From contig NC_086101.1 in the NCBI RefSeq assembly GCF_963921235.1, positions 10,294,001-10,358,000 of the forward strand: a DNA stretch of 64,000 nucleotides, read 5' to 3'. The translations under genes and the position numbers were made by a program. The notes under the pieces were generated by a model. That model was given only the letters and a program-made list of their open reading frames with translations, was not told the origin of the DNA and searched no databases. The stretch is from Mobula hypostoma. Taxonomy: Eukaryota. Shown here piece by piece: positions 14,275-26,886 of this stretch (position 1 is its first letter; every line of letters starts with the position of its first letter).

Positions 14275-14430
14275 CTATCTATCTATAGGCATCCGTTAGT
14301 CTCGTGAGACCATGGATTTGCACCTTGGAAGGTTTCCAGGGCGCAGGTCTGGGCGAGGTTGTATCCCCTCTCCACACCACCAATGTTGTCCAAGGGAAGG
14401 GCATTAGGACCCATACAGCTTGGCACTGGT
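14275..14430 (-). mobile_element. SINE 3' fragment (same family as 26887-27186)
   Basis: Shares ggcatccgttagtct.g.gagaccatgg and gcattaggacccatacagcttggcac with the copy at 26.9 kb. Confidence 0.75.
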
Positions 14431-15269
14431 GGGCCTACATGTAAATGTATTCCAATTATTACAAAATAATTGATTACATAATTACTCACCCCCTTCAAAA
14501 CTCCTCAAGCTCTGTCAGTTTGCATGGTGATCACGAGTGAACAGCCCTTTTCAAGTCCAGCCAGAAATTCTCTATAGGATTGAGGTCTGGACTCTGACTT
14601 GGCCACTTGAGGACATTAACTTTGTTGTTTTTAAGCTATTCCTGTGTAGCTGTGACTTTATACTTGGGGTCATTGTCTTGCTGGAAAAGAAATCTCCTAA
14701 GTCGCAGTTCTCTTGCAGACTGCAACAGATTTCCCTCCAGGATTTCCTTGTATTTTGCTGCATCCGTTTTACCCACAACCTTCACAATTCTTCATGGTAG
14801 GGATGGTGTGTTTAGTCTGATGACCAAAAAGCTCAATTTTGGTTTCATCAGACCATAGAACCTTCTTCCACCTGACTTCAGGGTCTCTCACATGCCTCCT
14901 GGTGAACTCTAGATGAGATTTCATGTGTTTTTTTTTCAACAGTGGCTTTCACTTTGCCACTGTTCCATAAAGCTACAGCTGGTAAAGGATCAGACGAAAC
15001 AAATGAGGTGTATAAAGAAGCCAGAAAACAACTAAAGAAGGGAATTAGGAAACTGGAGGGGCCATGAAAAGTCCTTGGCAGGTCAGATTAAGGTGGATCG
15101 CAAGGCATTATATACATATGCCAAAAGCAAGAGGACAACTAGGGAAATTGATCATTCGGGGATAAAGGGGAAACATTTGCTTGGATGCAGAGAATGTGAG
15201 TGAAGTACTTAATACTTTGCTTCAGTATTTACTAAGGAAAAGGATGTGGAGCACCAGGAGATCAGTGTT

Positions 15270-16000
15270 TCAGAATCAGGTTTAATATCACCGGCACAGG
15301 TTGAGAAATTTGTTAATTTAGCAGTAGTAGTACAATGCAATACATGGAAATAAAGAAAAAATAAATAAGTAAATCAATTACAGTAACTACTTGTATTGAA
15401 TTGAATTGACTTTATTATGTACATCCTTCATATACATGGGGAGAAAATGTTCAATGTGCAATTTATAGTAATTTATAATAAATATTCTCTGCAACAGAAT
15501 AGTCTATATAACATAGAAATACAGTTGTGTCAGCATGAATTAATCAGTCTGATGGCCTGGTGGAAGAAGCTGTCCCGGACCCTGTTGGTCCCGGGTTTTA
15601 TTCTGTGGTACCATTTCCCGGATGGTAGCAGCTGGAACATTTGTGGTTGAGGTGGCTCTGGTATTTTTCAGGCCCTTTTTGCGCACCATTTTTGTAAATG
15701 TCCTGAACAGTGGGAAATTCACATCTACAGATGCGCTGGGCTGTCCGCACCACTCTCTGCAGAGATCTGTGATTGAGGGAAGTACAGTTCCCATACCAGC
15801 TAGTGATGCAGCCAGTCAAGATGCTTTCAATTGTGCCCCTGTAGAAAGTTCTTCAGATTTGGGGGCCCATACCAAACTTCTTCAAGGTTGTCTGAGGCGA
15901 AGGAGGCCCCAGATCCATTGATATCAATGGGAGTTAGGCTGTCTCCATTCCTCCCGGAGGCCACAACCAGCTCCTTTGTTTTTGCGACATTGAGGATGGC
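15270..16000 (-). mobile_element. Rex1/Babar-type 3' fragments inside Tc1
   Basis: Minus ORFs give TGCITSWYGNC...LQRVVRTA and LNVAKTKELVV. Tail (aattc)n near 15400. A CR1 fragment lies just before, at about 14985-15270. Confidence 0.75.
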
Positions 16001-16252
16001 CTGCTGTAAGCAGATTTGTAGCTGTCCCATATTCTTTCCATTTCTTGATAATTGACTTAACTAGACTCCAAGGGATACTCAGTGACTTGGAAATTTTCTT
16101 GTTTCCATCTCCTGACTTGTGCTCTTCAATAACCTTTTTGCAGAGTTGCTTGGAGTGTTCTTATGTCTTCATAGTGCAGTTTTTGCCAGGATACTGACTC
16201 ACCAGCAATTGGTCCTCCCAGATACAGGTGTTATTTTTTTTTACTACAATCA

Positions 16253-17725
16253 ATGCCTCCCTCCCAGATGTGCTAAACAACTTCTATGCTCGTTTTGAGG
16301 CGGAAAATAATGCGGTAGCGAGGAAGACCATCTCTCCTCCCAATGACCAGGTGCTGTGTCTCACCGTGGCTGATGTGAGGAAAACCCTATGCAGGGTCAA
16401 CCCACGGTCAGCTGCTGGACCAGACAATATTCCTGGCAGAGTGCTCAGAGGATGTGCAGACCAGCTGGCAGATGTTCTTACTGACATCTTCAACATCTTC
16501 CTGAGCAGTGCCGTTGTTCCTACATGCTGCAAGGCCACCACCATCGTCCCCGTGCCGAAGAAGTCTTCAGTATCCTGCCTCAATGACTATCATCCCATTG
16601 CACTCACATCCATCATCATGAAGTGTTTCGAGAGGCTTGTCATGAAGCACATCAGGACCCTGCTGCCACCCGCACTGGACCCCTTGCAGTACACGTACCG
16701 TCCCAACTGCCCAACAGACGACACCATTGCCACCACCCTCCACCTGGCCCTCACCCACCCGGACAAAAAAGACATGTACATTTGACCGTTGTTCATAGAC
16801 TTCAGTTCAGCATTCAACACAGTCATTCCTCAGCACCTGTTTGGAAAGCTGAGCCTACAGAGTCTGAACACCCCCTCTGCAACTGGATCCTAGACATTCT
16901 GACTGGGAGACCTCAGTCAGTCTGGATCGGGAGCAGCATCTCCAACACCATCACACTGAGCACGAGGGCCCCCCAGGTCTGTGTGCTCAGTCCACTGCTG
17001 TACACTCTGCTGACCCACGACTGTACAGCAATACACAGCTCGATTTACATCATCAAGTTCGCCAATGACATGACTGGTGGGTCTCATCTGGAAGAGGTGC
17101 AGTGGCTAACGGACTGATGCAGTGCCAACAACCTGTATCTGAATGTGAACAAAACAAAAGAGATGGTTGTTGACTTCAGGAGAGCACAGAGTGACCCCTC
17201 TCCGCTGAACATTGACTGCTCCTTCGTAGAGATCGTTAAGAGAACCAAATTCCTATGTGTTCACCTGGTGGAGAATCTCACCTGGTCCCTCAACACCCGC
17301 TCCATAGCCAAGAAAGCCCAGCAGCATCTCTACTTTCTGCGGAGGCTGAGAAAAGTCCACCTCGCACACCCCCCCCCCATCCTCACCACATTCTACAGAG
17401 GTTGTATCGAGAGCATCCTGAGCAGCTGCATCACTGCCTGGTTCGGAAATTGCACCATCTCGGATCGCAAGACCCTGCAGCGGATAGTGAGGTCAGCCGA
17501 GAAGATCACTGGGTTCTCTCTTCTCGCCATTACAGACATTTACACCACACGCTATATCTGCAAAGCTAACAGCATTATGAAGGACCCCACACACCCCTCA
17601 TACAAACTCTTCTCCCTCCTGCCATCTGGCAAAAAGCATTCGGGCTCTCACGACCAGAGTGTGTAACAGATTTTTCCCCCAAGCCATCAGACTCCTCAAT
17701 TCCCAGAGTCTAGTCTGACACCAGC

Positions 17726-17764
<39 letters not shown>

Positions 17765-18153
17765 CACTCTCAACTGAACACCACTCCACTCTCTTTACAA
17801 TTTTTGCTCATTTCTTTCTCAATTCCTGCTATAACATTGTCTACATTTACATTTACATGTAAATTTATGTTATTTATTATTGTAATTGTCCTCTGCTGTG
17901 CCTATTGTCATGTTTATTAAATATTATACTGTCCTGCACTGTTTTGTGCACTTTATGTAGTCCTGTGTCGGTCTGAAGTCTAATATAGTTTTGTGTTTTT
18001 TCACGTCGTCTAGTGTAGTTCTGTGTTGTTTCAGGTAGTTTTGTGTTGGTTCATGTAGCACCATGGTCTTGGAGGAACGTTGTTTCATTTTTACTTATGT
18101 ACTGTACCAGTAGTTATGGTCGAAATGGCAAAAAAGCGACCTGACTTGACTTG
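16253..18153 (+). mobile_element. Rex1/Babar LINE, 5'-truncated, inside Tc1
   Basis: ORFs 16228-16785 and 17145-17666 ([35 protein letters not shown]). The 3' UTR contains (CA)n and ends in a (cttga)n tail. Confidence 0.9.
17729..17760. repeat. (CA)n microsatellite
   Basis: Perfect CA run of about 16 units. Confidence 0.98.
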
Positions 18154-20212
18154 AAACACTTGACTGCATGCAGGTCTCCAAAAACATATTTCTGTTTAAC
18201 TAACGATGTGACTTCAAAAACCAATTTGCTGCACCAGTGATGATTTGGTACGGCATATGAAAGTGGGTGAATACTTTGTAATAAACTTAGATCATTTTGT
18301 AGAGGTCTGCTTTCACTTTGACATGGAAGAGTCTTTTCCTGTTGATCAGTGTCAGAAAATGCCAAATTAAATCAACTCTGATTCAATGCTGTAAAACAAT
18401 AAGCTATGAAAACTTCTGGGTGGGGTGAATACTTTTTATAGGCACTGTACTTATATATCTGATCTCTTACAATATCTTCCAATAACTTTCCCACAACTAA
18501 TGTCAGACTCACTGGTCTATAATCTCTTGGTTTATGTTTAGAGCCTGTTTTAAAAAAACAGAACAACATTGTCTATACACCAGTCCTCTGGTACCTCTCC
18601 TGTTGTGAAGGATTTTTTTTTGCTGGGGCTACAGCAATTTCTGCACGACACCTGTAGGGTCCAAGGGAACATCTTGTCAGGCCCTGGGAATTTATCCACC
18701 CTGATTAGTATCAGGGTAGCAAACACCTCCCCCTCTGTAATCTGTACAGGGTCCATGAAGTTGATGCTGTTTTGCCTCACTTCTAAAGACTCTGCATCCA
18801 TCTCCTGATTAAATAGAAATGCAAAGAATTTAGTTACGAGCTCCCCCGTCTGTTTTGATTCCATACATGGATTACCATTCTGACCTTCCAGATGACCAAT
18901 TTTGTCCCTAGCAGTCCTTCTGCACTTAACGTATCTGCAGAATCCTCCTTCACGTTGGCTGCTCGAGCAACTTCATGCCTTCTTTTCACCTTCCAGATTC
19001 CTTTCTTAAGTGTTTTTTCGCATTTTGTGTCTTCCATAAGCACCTCATGTGTTCCTTTCTTCCTCTACCTGCTATTCAGCTGCTTTTCTCTCTTAACCAG
19101 GGCCTCAATATCTCTTGAAAACTAAGGTTCCATACACTTGATATCTTTACCTTTTATTTTGACAGGCAAGTACAATCTTTTTACTCTCAAAGTTTGGTTT
19201 TGAAAGCCTCCACTTTCAAAATACACCTTTGCCAGAAAACAGCCTGTCCCAATCCACGCTTGCCAGATCATTTCTGATGACATGAAAATTGGCCTTTTTC
19301 CAATGTAGAATCTCACCCTGCAGAACAGACTTGTATTTTTACAGATTCACTTGGAAATTAATGACATTGTGGTCACTGGATGCAAAGTGTTCTCCTACAG
19401 AGGCTTCTGTCACCCGCTCTGTCTCATTCCCTAATAGCAGATCCAGTATCCCACACACTCTCATTGGGACTCCTAAATACTGATGAAAGAAACACATTTG
19501 ACAAACTCTATCCCATCTAGTCCTGTGAGAGTATGGGATTCCCAGTCAATATGTTGCAAGTTAAAATCAGCAACTACAAGAACCTTGTGTTTCTTGCAAC
19601 AGTCTGCAATCTCTTTACAAGTTTGTTGCTTTAAATCCCTAGGCTTGTTGTGTGGTCTGTAATATAGCCCCATTATCATGGTTATATCTTTCTTATTTCT
19701 CAGTTCCACTCATAACATCTCACTAGACGAGATCTCCAGTCTATCCTGACGGAGCACTGTCATGATATTTTCCCTGACTAGTAATGCCATCCTTCCTCCT
19801 TTAATCTCTCCCGCTCTGTCATGTCTGAAACAATGGACCCCTGGAATACTGAGCTGCCAGTCCTGTCCCTCCTGCACCTGAGTCTCATTACTGGCCAGGT
19901 TGTTGGGTGTATTTAAGGCAGAGATTGATAGGTTCTTGATTTGACATGGCATCAAAGGTTACGGGGAGAAGGCCAAGGAATGGGATTGAGGAGGGAGAGA
20001 AGGATCAGCCATGATTGAATGGGAGGCCAGACTTGATGGGCCAAACAGCCTAATTCTGCTCCTATGTCTTATCGTTTTATTATCATAATTCCGGTATTGA
20101 TCCATGCCCTAAGCTCATTCACCTTTCCTACGATACAGTGCTCAGCCTATTGTTACTTTTTCATGAGAATTAACAAGAAATTGTTATGTTTTTGCAGATG
20201 ACATGACAATAA

Positions 20213-20904
20213 CACTGGGCAGCAAATTGTTTTGTAGTGTTGCTTCATCAGATATTTGATTGTGTGTGATAGACCACATGATGCTGAACACGAATATTAT
20301 TTCAGACTGTTGCATCATGCAGGAATTTGGAGAAACAAGAAATTATCTTTTATTGATTAATGCATTTAATTGCACAACGGTGCTGACACTTTGCAAAAGT
20401 TCAACTATGCTAAAAATATTTTGTTGATGATTTTCATTTGTAGTCAGTGTCTGAGGCTTCTCACTTAAGTGTCCAACAATAGTCAGCTAGCATTGACAGA
20501 TTCTAGTTGCCCTGATACTGTTTCTCCATGACCACAATATCCTGGTAAAACCTTTCACCATACTCATCACTGACAGCACCAAGATTTGCAGGGAAGCATT
20601 CTAAATGGGAATGGAGAAAATGAATCTTTAGTGACATGTTGCACTTCATGGTTTTGTATGCCTGAATGATGTTGTGAACCAGCTGCATGTAGTTTGGTGC
20701 TCCAAAAATACCAACAAAAATACCTTCCTTAATCTTGGCATCAGTTATTCTGACTTGAGTTATGAATTAAAATAACAAATATAGGTGATTTCAAGAAAAG
20801 ATGTATAATAGGGAAATTTCATGGTGAATTTCATGATCAGCAGCTCAAAATCCATAAGATACACCTAAAAATATTCAGGACGCAAAATATTTGTTGTCCA
20901 GGTG
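20213..20904 (-). mobile_element. Internally deleted Chapaev3-like (CMC) DNA transposon
   Basis: Termini CACTGGGCAGCAAAT and ATTTGTTGTCCAGGTG, with TAA on both sides. Minus ORF 20503-20688 reads MSLKIHFLHSHL..FPANLGAVSDEYGERFYQD. It splits a CR1 FADD region. Confidence 0.72.
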
Positions 20905-21507
20905 TAATTGGTATGGTGAACAGTGAAAAAGGTTACAAAAAATTACGGAGGGATGTGTATCTGCTAAATAAGAGGGCTGAAGGACAACAAAAGGAACTTA
21001 ATTCAGATAAGTGCTCGCTATTGTATTTTGGAAAGTCAGGACAAGGTAGGTCATACACAGTGAGTGATAGGGCCCGGAGGAGTGTTGGAGACCAGGTGGA
21101 CATTGGAGGCCAAGTATATGGTCCCCAGAAAGTGGAGTCACAGGTACATGGATTGCAGCCATCCCACCCTGCAAAAACTCATTTCAGGGAGGTAGCACCA
21201 TCAATTTGCAGGAGACTTCTGGGAGAGGTGGGATGTCTGCAATAGAGTAGCTCCTTAGCAGCAAGCCAGCTGGTTTAAGTAATGTTAACTACGGTAATGA
21301 ACGAATGACACTTGTTAAACTTGCCTCAACATGTCTTCTACAGTCTTGACCCTCCATGGGCAATAGAAAAGTCACTGTTGCAAACAGTGCAGCGAGCAAC
21401 ACTGTCATTATTTTTGACCCCTATTAGGCAGGGGTACACTTTAGTGTAGTCTGGGATGACGTACGTTTTATATTTTCTTTTATTTTTGGAACACTCTGCC
21501 ATGGCGC

Positions 21508-21653
21508 GTTCTCTCTCTCGTTTTGGCTTGCTTTCTCTCTGTCTCTCGCTTGCTTTCTCTCTCTCTCTATCTCGTTTTCTCTCTCTCTATCTCACTTGCT
21601 TTCTCTCTCTCTCTTGCTCGCTCTCTCGCTTGCTTTCTCTCGCTCGCTTGCTC
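21508..21653. repeat. CT-rich degenerate microsatellite within an unclassified insertion (about 21156-21738)
   Basis: (ct)n/(cgcttgcttt)n tract. The insertion is flanked by ggattg on both sides and splits a CR1. Confidence 0.7.
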
Positions 21654-22957
21654 TGAAAAAAATTGATTTCCGTGATATTGTATGTAATTTGCGGGCATCA
21701 GGGAGCCACTATTCATATGCTGGAGGCTCCCGGAACTGGGATTGATAAAGGCAGCTTTCAGCACACGGGCCTTCATTGGTCAGGGTACTGAGTACAAAGT
21801 ATTGTTTTCTGTTTTGGTCACCCTGCTATTGGAAAGAGTTCAGAAATATTTACAAGGATCTTGCCAGGACTTGAGAGACTGAGTAATGGGGAGAGGCTGC
21901 ACAGTCTAGGACCTTATTCCTTGGAGCATATGAGACTAAGAGTTGATCTTATGAGGCCCTTCTGTTGGTTGGCATCAAACACGGATATTGCATCTGAGCT
22001 GTTTACATGATTATATAAATTGGTACACAAGTCATGGCAGTATGAAATGGAGAGTAAATTGTTGCTCATGCAGCAGGTTTTCGTTCTCCAAACAGCTGAC
22101 ACATCAAAAGGAACATCGGAAATCAATACAGTTTGGCATCAGTGGTGCTGAAGGAGTCTAACTCTGGGTTTTTCCTCAGGGTTTGCTCCTGAAGCCATCC
22201 CCATGACTGGGTACAGCCACAAGACAGCAGAGGTTTGAGGTCAGAGTTTTCCTTTCACGAGATGATCTGCCACCCTCAGCTGACAAGCCCCATCTACTCA
22301 AAGTGACTCGTTTTAAGCTGCCAGTAACCTGCTTTTGGCCCTTCTCCTGACAGTAGAAACTGTTCTGTCGGGCATGTAAACCGGGAGCTGGACTGGGTTG
22401 TCAGAGGCTATTTGAGATGCACACCATTGGGAACATTAAATAGGTAGTGGGAGCTCATCCCCACAAACTGGCCTGGCTATAACAAACTGAAGGAACTAGT
22501 GATCTTATAGAGATGTATAAAATATTGATGGGCATAGAGAGGAAGAATTCAGAGTTTTCCCCCTCGGTTAAAGTATCAAGAGACCATAAGACATAGGAGA
22601 AAAATTAGGCCATTTAGCCCATTGTGTCTGCTCCACCATTTCATCATGGCTGATCCAATTTTCCTGTCAGCCCCAATCTCCTGCCTTCTCCCCGTATCCT
22701 TCGTGCCCTGACCAATCAAAAATTTATCGACTTCTGCCTTAAATATACGTGAAGACTTGGCCCCTGCAGCTGTCTGTGGCAAAGAACTCCACGGATTCAC
22801 CACTCTCTGGCTAAAGGAATTCCTTCTCATCATTCTAAAAGGACGCCCTTCTATTCTGAGGCTGTGTCCTCTGGTATTAGGCTCTCCCACCATAGGAATA
22901 ATCCTCTCCACATCCACTCTTTCAAGCTTTTCACCATTTGATTGGTTTCAATGAGGA

Positions 22958-23150
22958 ATATCAAGCAGCAGTAAATCAAGGCAACCGGACTTGCTGTGTT
23001 GTCTGATCCACAGTGGGTAGTTTTCTGGCTTATAATAGCTGGAAAACTTCCCACCATGGATGAGAACTGAAGAAGCCTCTCGGATGTGTGGCGAAATGTC
23101 TTCTAGACAACACGGCAAGTCCAGTTGCCTTGATTTACTACTGCTTGATA
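22958..23150. mobile_element. Penelope-derived palindromic remnant with hammerhead core
   Basis: About 48-bp terminal inverted arms, an inner hairpin, and CTGAAGA...GAAA at 23067-23096. Confidence 0.7.
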
Positions 23151-23154
23151 TACA

Positions 23155-25635
23155 ATGACCAAGGTACTGTATTTAAATGCACGTAGCATTCGGAATCAGG
23201 TGGACAATATTGTGGCGCAGTTAGAGATTGGTCGGTATGACGGTGTGTGGATCAGTGAGTCGCAGCTGAAAGAAGGCAATAGTTGGGAGTTTAACATCGA
23301 AGGATATATTTTGTATCAAAAGCAAAGGCAGGAAGGCATTGTTGGTGGCGTGGCTGTGTGTGTAAGAGATGGAATTGCATCTTTAGACGGAGGTGGCATA
23401 ACGTCACAGAATGTTGAATCTTTGTGGGTGGCGTTAAGAAATTGCAAGGATTAAAAAGTCCATTGTGGGAATCATATATAAGCCTCCAAATAGTAGCCAA
23501 TATGTGCGGTTGAGATTGCAAAGGGAGCTGGAAAAGGGTCATAAAGGTAATGTCACAATTGTAATGGGGGATTTCAATATGCAAGGGGGTTGGTGTCAGA
23601 TCGCAAGATGGGAATTTGTTGAATGCCTATGAGATGGCTTTTTAAAGCAGCTTGTGCTTGAGCCTGCTGGGGGAAAGGTTATCTGAGATTGGGTATTGTG
23701 TAGTAACCCAGATCTTATTAGGGAGCTTAACATAAAGGAACCCTTAGGAGGCAGTGATTACAATAGGATTGAATTCATAATGCAATTTGAGAGGGAGAAG
23801 CATAACTCACATGTATCTGTATCGCAATGGAATAGAGGGAATTGCAGGTGGATGAGGAAGGAGCTAGCCCAGGTGGATTGGAGGAGAATATTGGCAGGGA
23901 TGATCCTGGGATGTAATCTTATGGGGATTTGTGTCGGTGACTTTTGGGGATGACAGCGGAGCAGAGATGGCTGAAGTTTCTGGGAATAGTTCACAAAGCG
24001 CATGATAGATATGTCCCACAGAGGAAAAAGTTCTCAAATGGCAGGGGTAAGCAACTGTGGATGACAAAGGAAGTTAAGGACTGCAGATATGACAAAGCAA
24101 GAGCATATATGATAGCAAAAGTGAGAAGGAAGTTGGATGATTTAAAATCCAACAAAAAGGCAACTAAAAAAGCTGAAAGAAAAAGATGAAATATGAAAGC
24201 AGACCAGCCAGTAATATAAAGCAGAATACCAAAAGTTTTTTTTCAGTTAAATAAAGAGTAAAAGGGAGGTGAGAGTTGATATTGGACCACCGAAAAAGGA
24301 AACTGGTGAGGTAGTAATGGGGGACAAAAAAATGGCAGATGAACTTAATGGGTACTTTGCATCTGTGTTCACTGTGAAAGACTCAAGCAGTTTGTCAGAC
24401 ATCTGTGAGTGTCAGGGAGCAGGAGTAGTGCCATTTCATTTACAAAGGAAAATGTGCTAGGCAAGCTCAAAGGTCTTAAAGTGCGGAAGACAGGTTCCTG
24501 AGAGAGGTTGCTGAAGAGATATCGGATGCATTGGTCATGACCTTTCAAGGATCACTTGATTCTGACTTGGCCCCGGAGGACCAGAAAATTTCAAATGTCT
24601 TCACTCTTTAAGAAGGGAGGAAAGCAAAAGAAAGGAAATTATAGGCTAGTTAGCCTAACCTCAGTGGTTGGGAAAGTGTTGGAGTCTATTGTTAAGGGTG
24701 AGGTTTCGAGGTACTTGGAGACTAATGATAAAATAAGTCAAAGTCAGCATGGTTTCTGTGAAGAGAAATCTTGCCTGACAAATCTGTTCTTCGAGGAAGA
24801 AGCAGGGTGGACAAAGGAGAGACAGTGGATGTCATTCACTTGGATTTTCATAAGGCATTTGATAAGGTGCCACATATGAGGCTGCTTAACAAGATACAAT
24901 CCTATGGCATTACAGGAAAGATACTGGCATTGGTAGAGGAATAGCTGACAGGCAGGAGGCAGTGAGTGGGAATAAAGGGGGCTTTTTCTGGTTGGCTGCC
25001 GGTGACTAGTGGTGTTCCTCAGGGGTCATTATGGGGACCGCTGCTTTTCATTGTTTGTCAGTGATTTAGATAATGGAATTGATGGCTTTGTGGCAAAGTT
25101 TGTGGCTGGAAGGGTAGGTAGTACTGAGGAAGTTATGCGGTTGCAGCAGGACTTGGACAAATTGGAAGAATAGGCAAAAACTGGCAGATGCAATACAGTA
25201 TTGTGAGGTGTATGATAGTGCATTTTGGTAAAAGGAACAGTAGTGTGGACTATTATCTAAATAGGGAGAAGGTTCAAACATCAGAAGTGCAGAGGGACTT
25301 GGGAGTTCTCATGCAAGACTCCCAGAAGGTCATTTACAGATTGAGCCTGTGGTAAAGAAGGCAAAAGCAATGTTGGTATTTATTTCAAGGGGAGTAGAAT
25401 ATCAAAGCAGGGAGATAATACCTAGCCTTTATAAGACACTGGTCGGGCCACAGTTTTGGGCCCCATATCGCAGAAAGAATGTGATGTCATTGGAAAGAGC
25501 CAAGAGGAGGTTGACGAGGATGTGTCCAGGAATGACGTGGTTAACATATGAGGAGTGTTTGGCAGCTTTGGGTGTGTACTCACTGGAATTTAGAAGAATG
25601 CATGGGGATCTCATTGAAACCTACCAAATGTTGAG
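23155..25635 (+). mobile_element. Degraded CR1 LINE (endonuclease to C-terminus)
   Basis: VLYLNARSIRN, GSDYN, NYRLVSLTSVVGK, QHGF, QFWAP. Many frameshifts. Confidence 0.88.
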
Positions 25636-26870
25636 TTTGCCAGGATACTGATTCACCAGCAGTTAGTCCTTCCAGATACAGGTGTATTTTTACTGCAGTC
25701 ATTTGAAACACCTTGACTGTACACAGGTCTCCAAAAACAGATCTCTGTTTAACTAATTATGTGACTTCTAAAAACTATTTTGCTGCACCAGTGATGATTT
25801 GGTATGTCATATTAATGGGGGTGAATACTTTTGCAATCAATTATTCTATGTTTTATATTTGTAATAAACTTAGATCATTTTCAATGTGACCCGAAAGAGT
25901 CTTTTTCTGTTAATCAATTTCAAAAATTGCTGAATTAGTTCACCTGTGATTCAATGCTGTAAAACAGTAAAATCTGAAAACTTCCAAGGGGGCTGAATAC
26001 TTTTTATAGGCACTGTACTTATATATCTGGTTCCTTTCAATACCTTCCAATAACTTTCCAACAACTAATGTCAGACTCACCAGCCTGTAATTTCCTTGGT
26101 TTATGTCCAGAGCCTGTTAAACATAGTTTATACGACAATCCTTTGGTACCTCTCCTGTTGCAAAGGATATTTTAAATACCTCTGCTGGGGCCCCAGCAAT
26201 TTCTGCACACCTCCCGTAGGGTCTGAGGGAACAGCTTATCAGGCCCTGGGGATTTAACCACTCTGATTTGCGTCAGGGTAGCAAATACCACCTCCTCTGT
26301 AATCTGTACAGGGTCCACGAAGTTGATGCTGTTTTGCCTTACTTCTAAAGACTCTGCATCTGTCTCCTGAGTAAATAGAGATGCAAAGAAGTAATTTAAG
26401 ATCTCCCCCATCTGTTTTGATTCAACACATGGTTTACCTACCATTCTGATCTTGCAGAAGACCAGTTTTCACATTGTCTGCTGGAGCAACTTATTGCCTT
26501 CTTTTAACTTTCCTGATTTCTTTCCTAAGTGTTCTCTTGCTTTTTGTGTACTCCATAAGCACCTCATATGTTCCTACCTGCCTATACCTGCTGTGCAACT
26601 CCTTTTCTCTCTTAACCCGAGCCTCAGTTTCTTTTGAAATCTAAGGTTCCCGACACCTGTTATCTTTACCTTTTATTCTGACAGACGAGTACAAGCTTTG
26701 CATTGTCAAAATTTGGCTTTGAAAGCCTCCACTTTCAAAGTATGCTTTTGCCAGAAAACAGCCAGTCCCAATCCACATTTGCCAGATCATTCTGATGACA
26801 TGAAAATTGGCCTTTCTCAATTCAGAATCTCAACCCGTGGACCAGACCTATATTTTAACATATTTACTTT
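25635..26870 (-). repeat. Duplicated segment: Tc1 terminus plus flanking CR1
   Basis: Paralogous to about 16180-16252 plus 18154-19360, including the identical junction GGCACTG|TACTTATATATCTG (26015 and 18447). Confidence 0.85.
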
Positions 26871-26886
26871 AAAAATCCAAGTACAC

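Larger units (their letters stand above)
14121..18447 (-). mobile_element. Tc1/mariner DNA transposon, degenerate, with nested insertions
   Basis: Long terminal inverted repeats CAGTGCCTAT.AAAAGTATT... (at least 150 bp alignable by eye) and TA duplications at 14119-14120 and 18448-18449. Minus-strand transposase motifs FQQDNDPK and [13 protein letters not shown] at about 14560-14690. Confidence 0.92.
13250..20150 (-). mobile_element. Old degraded CR1 LINE, interrupted by the Tc1 element
   Basis: CR1 RT and endonuclease remnants at 13250-14120 and 18448-20150 (YRPVSLT, GLYYRP, DFN). The two parts join across the TA site. Confidence 0.8.
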
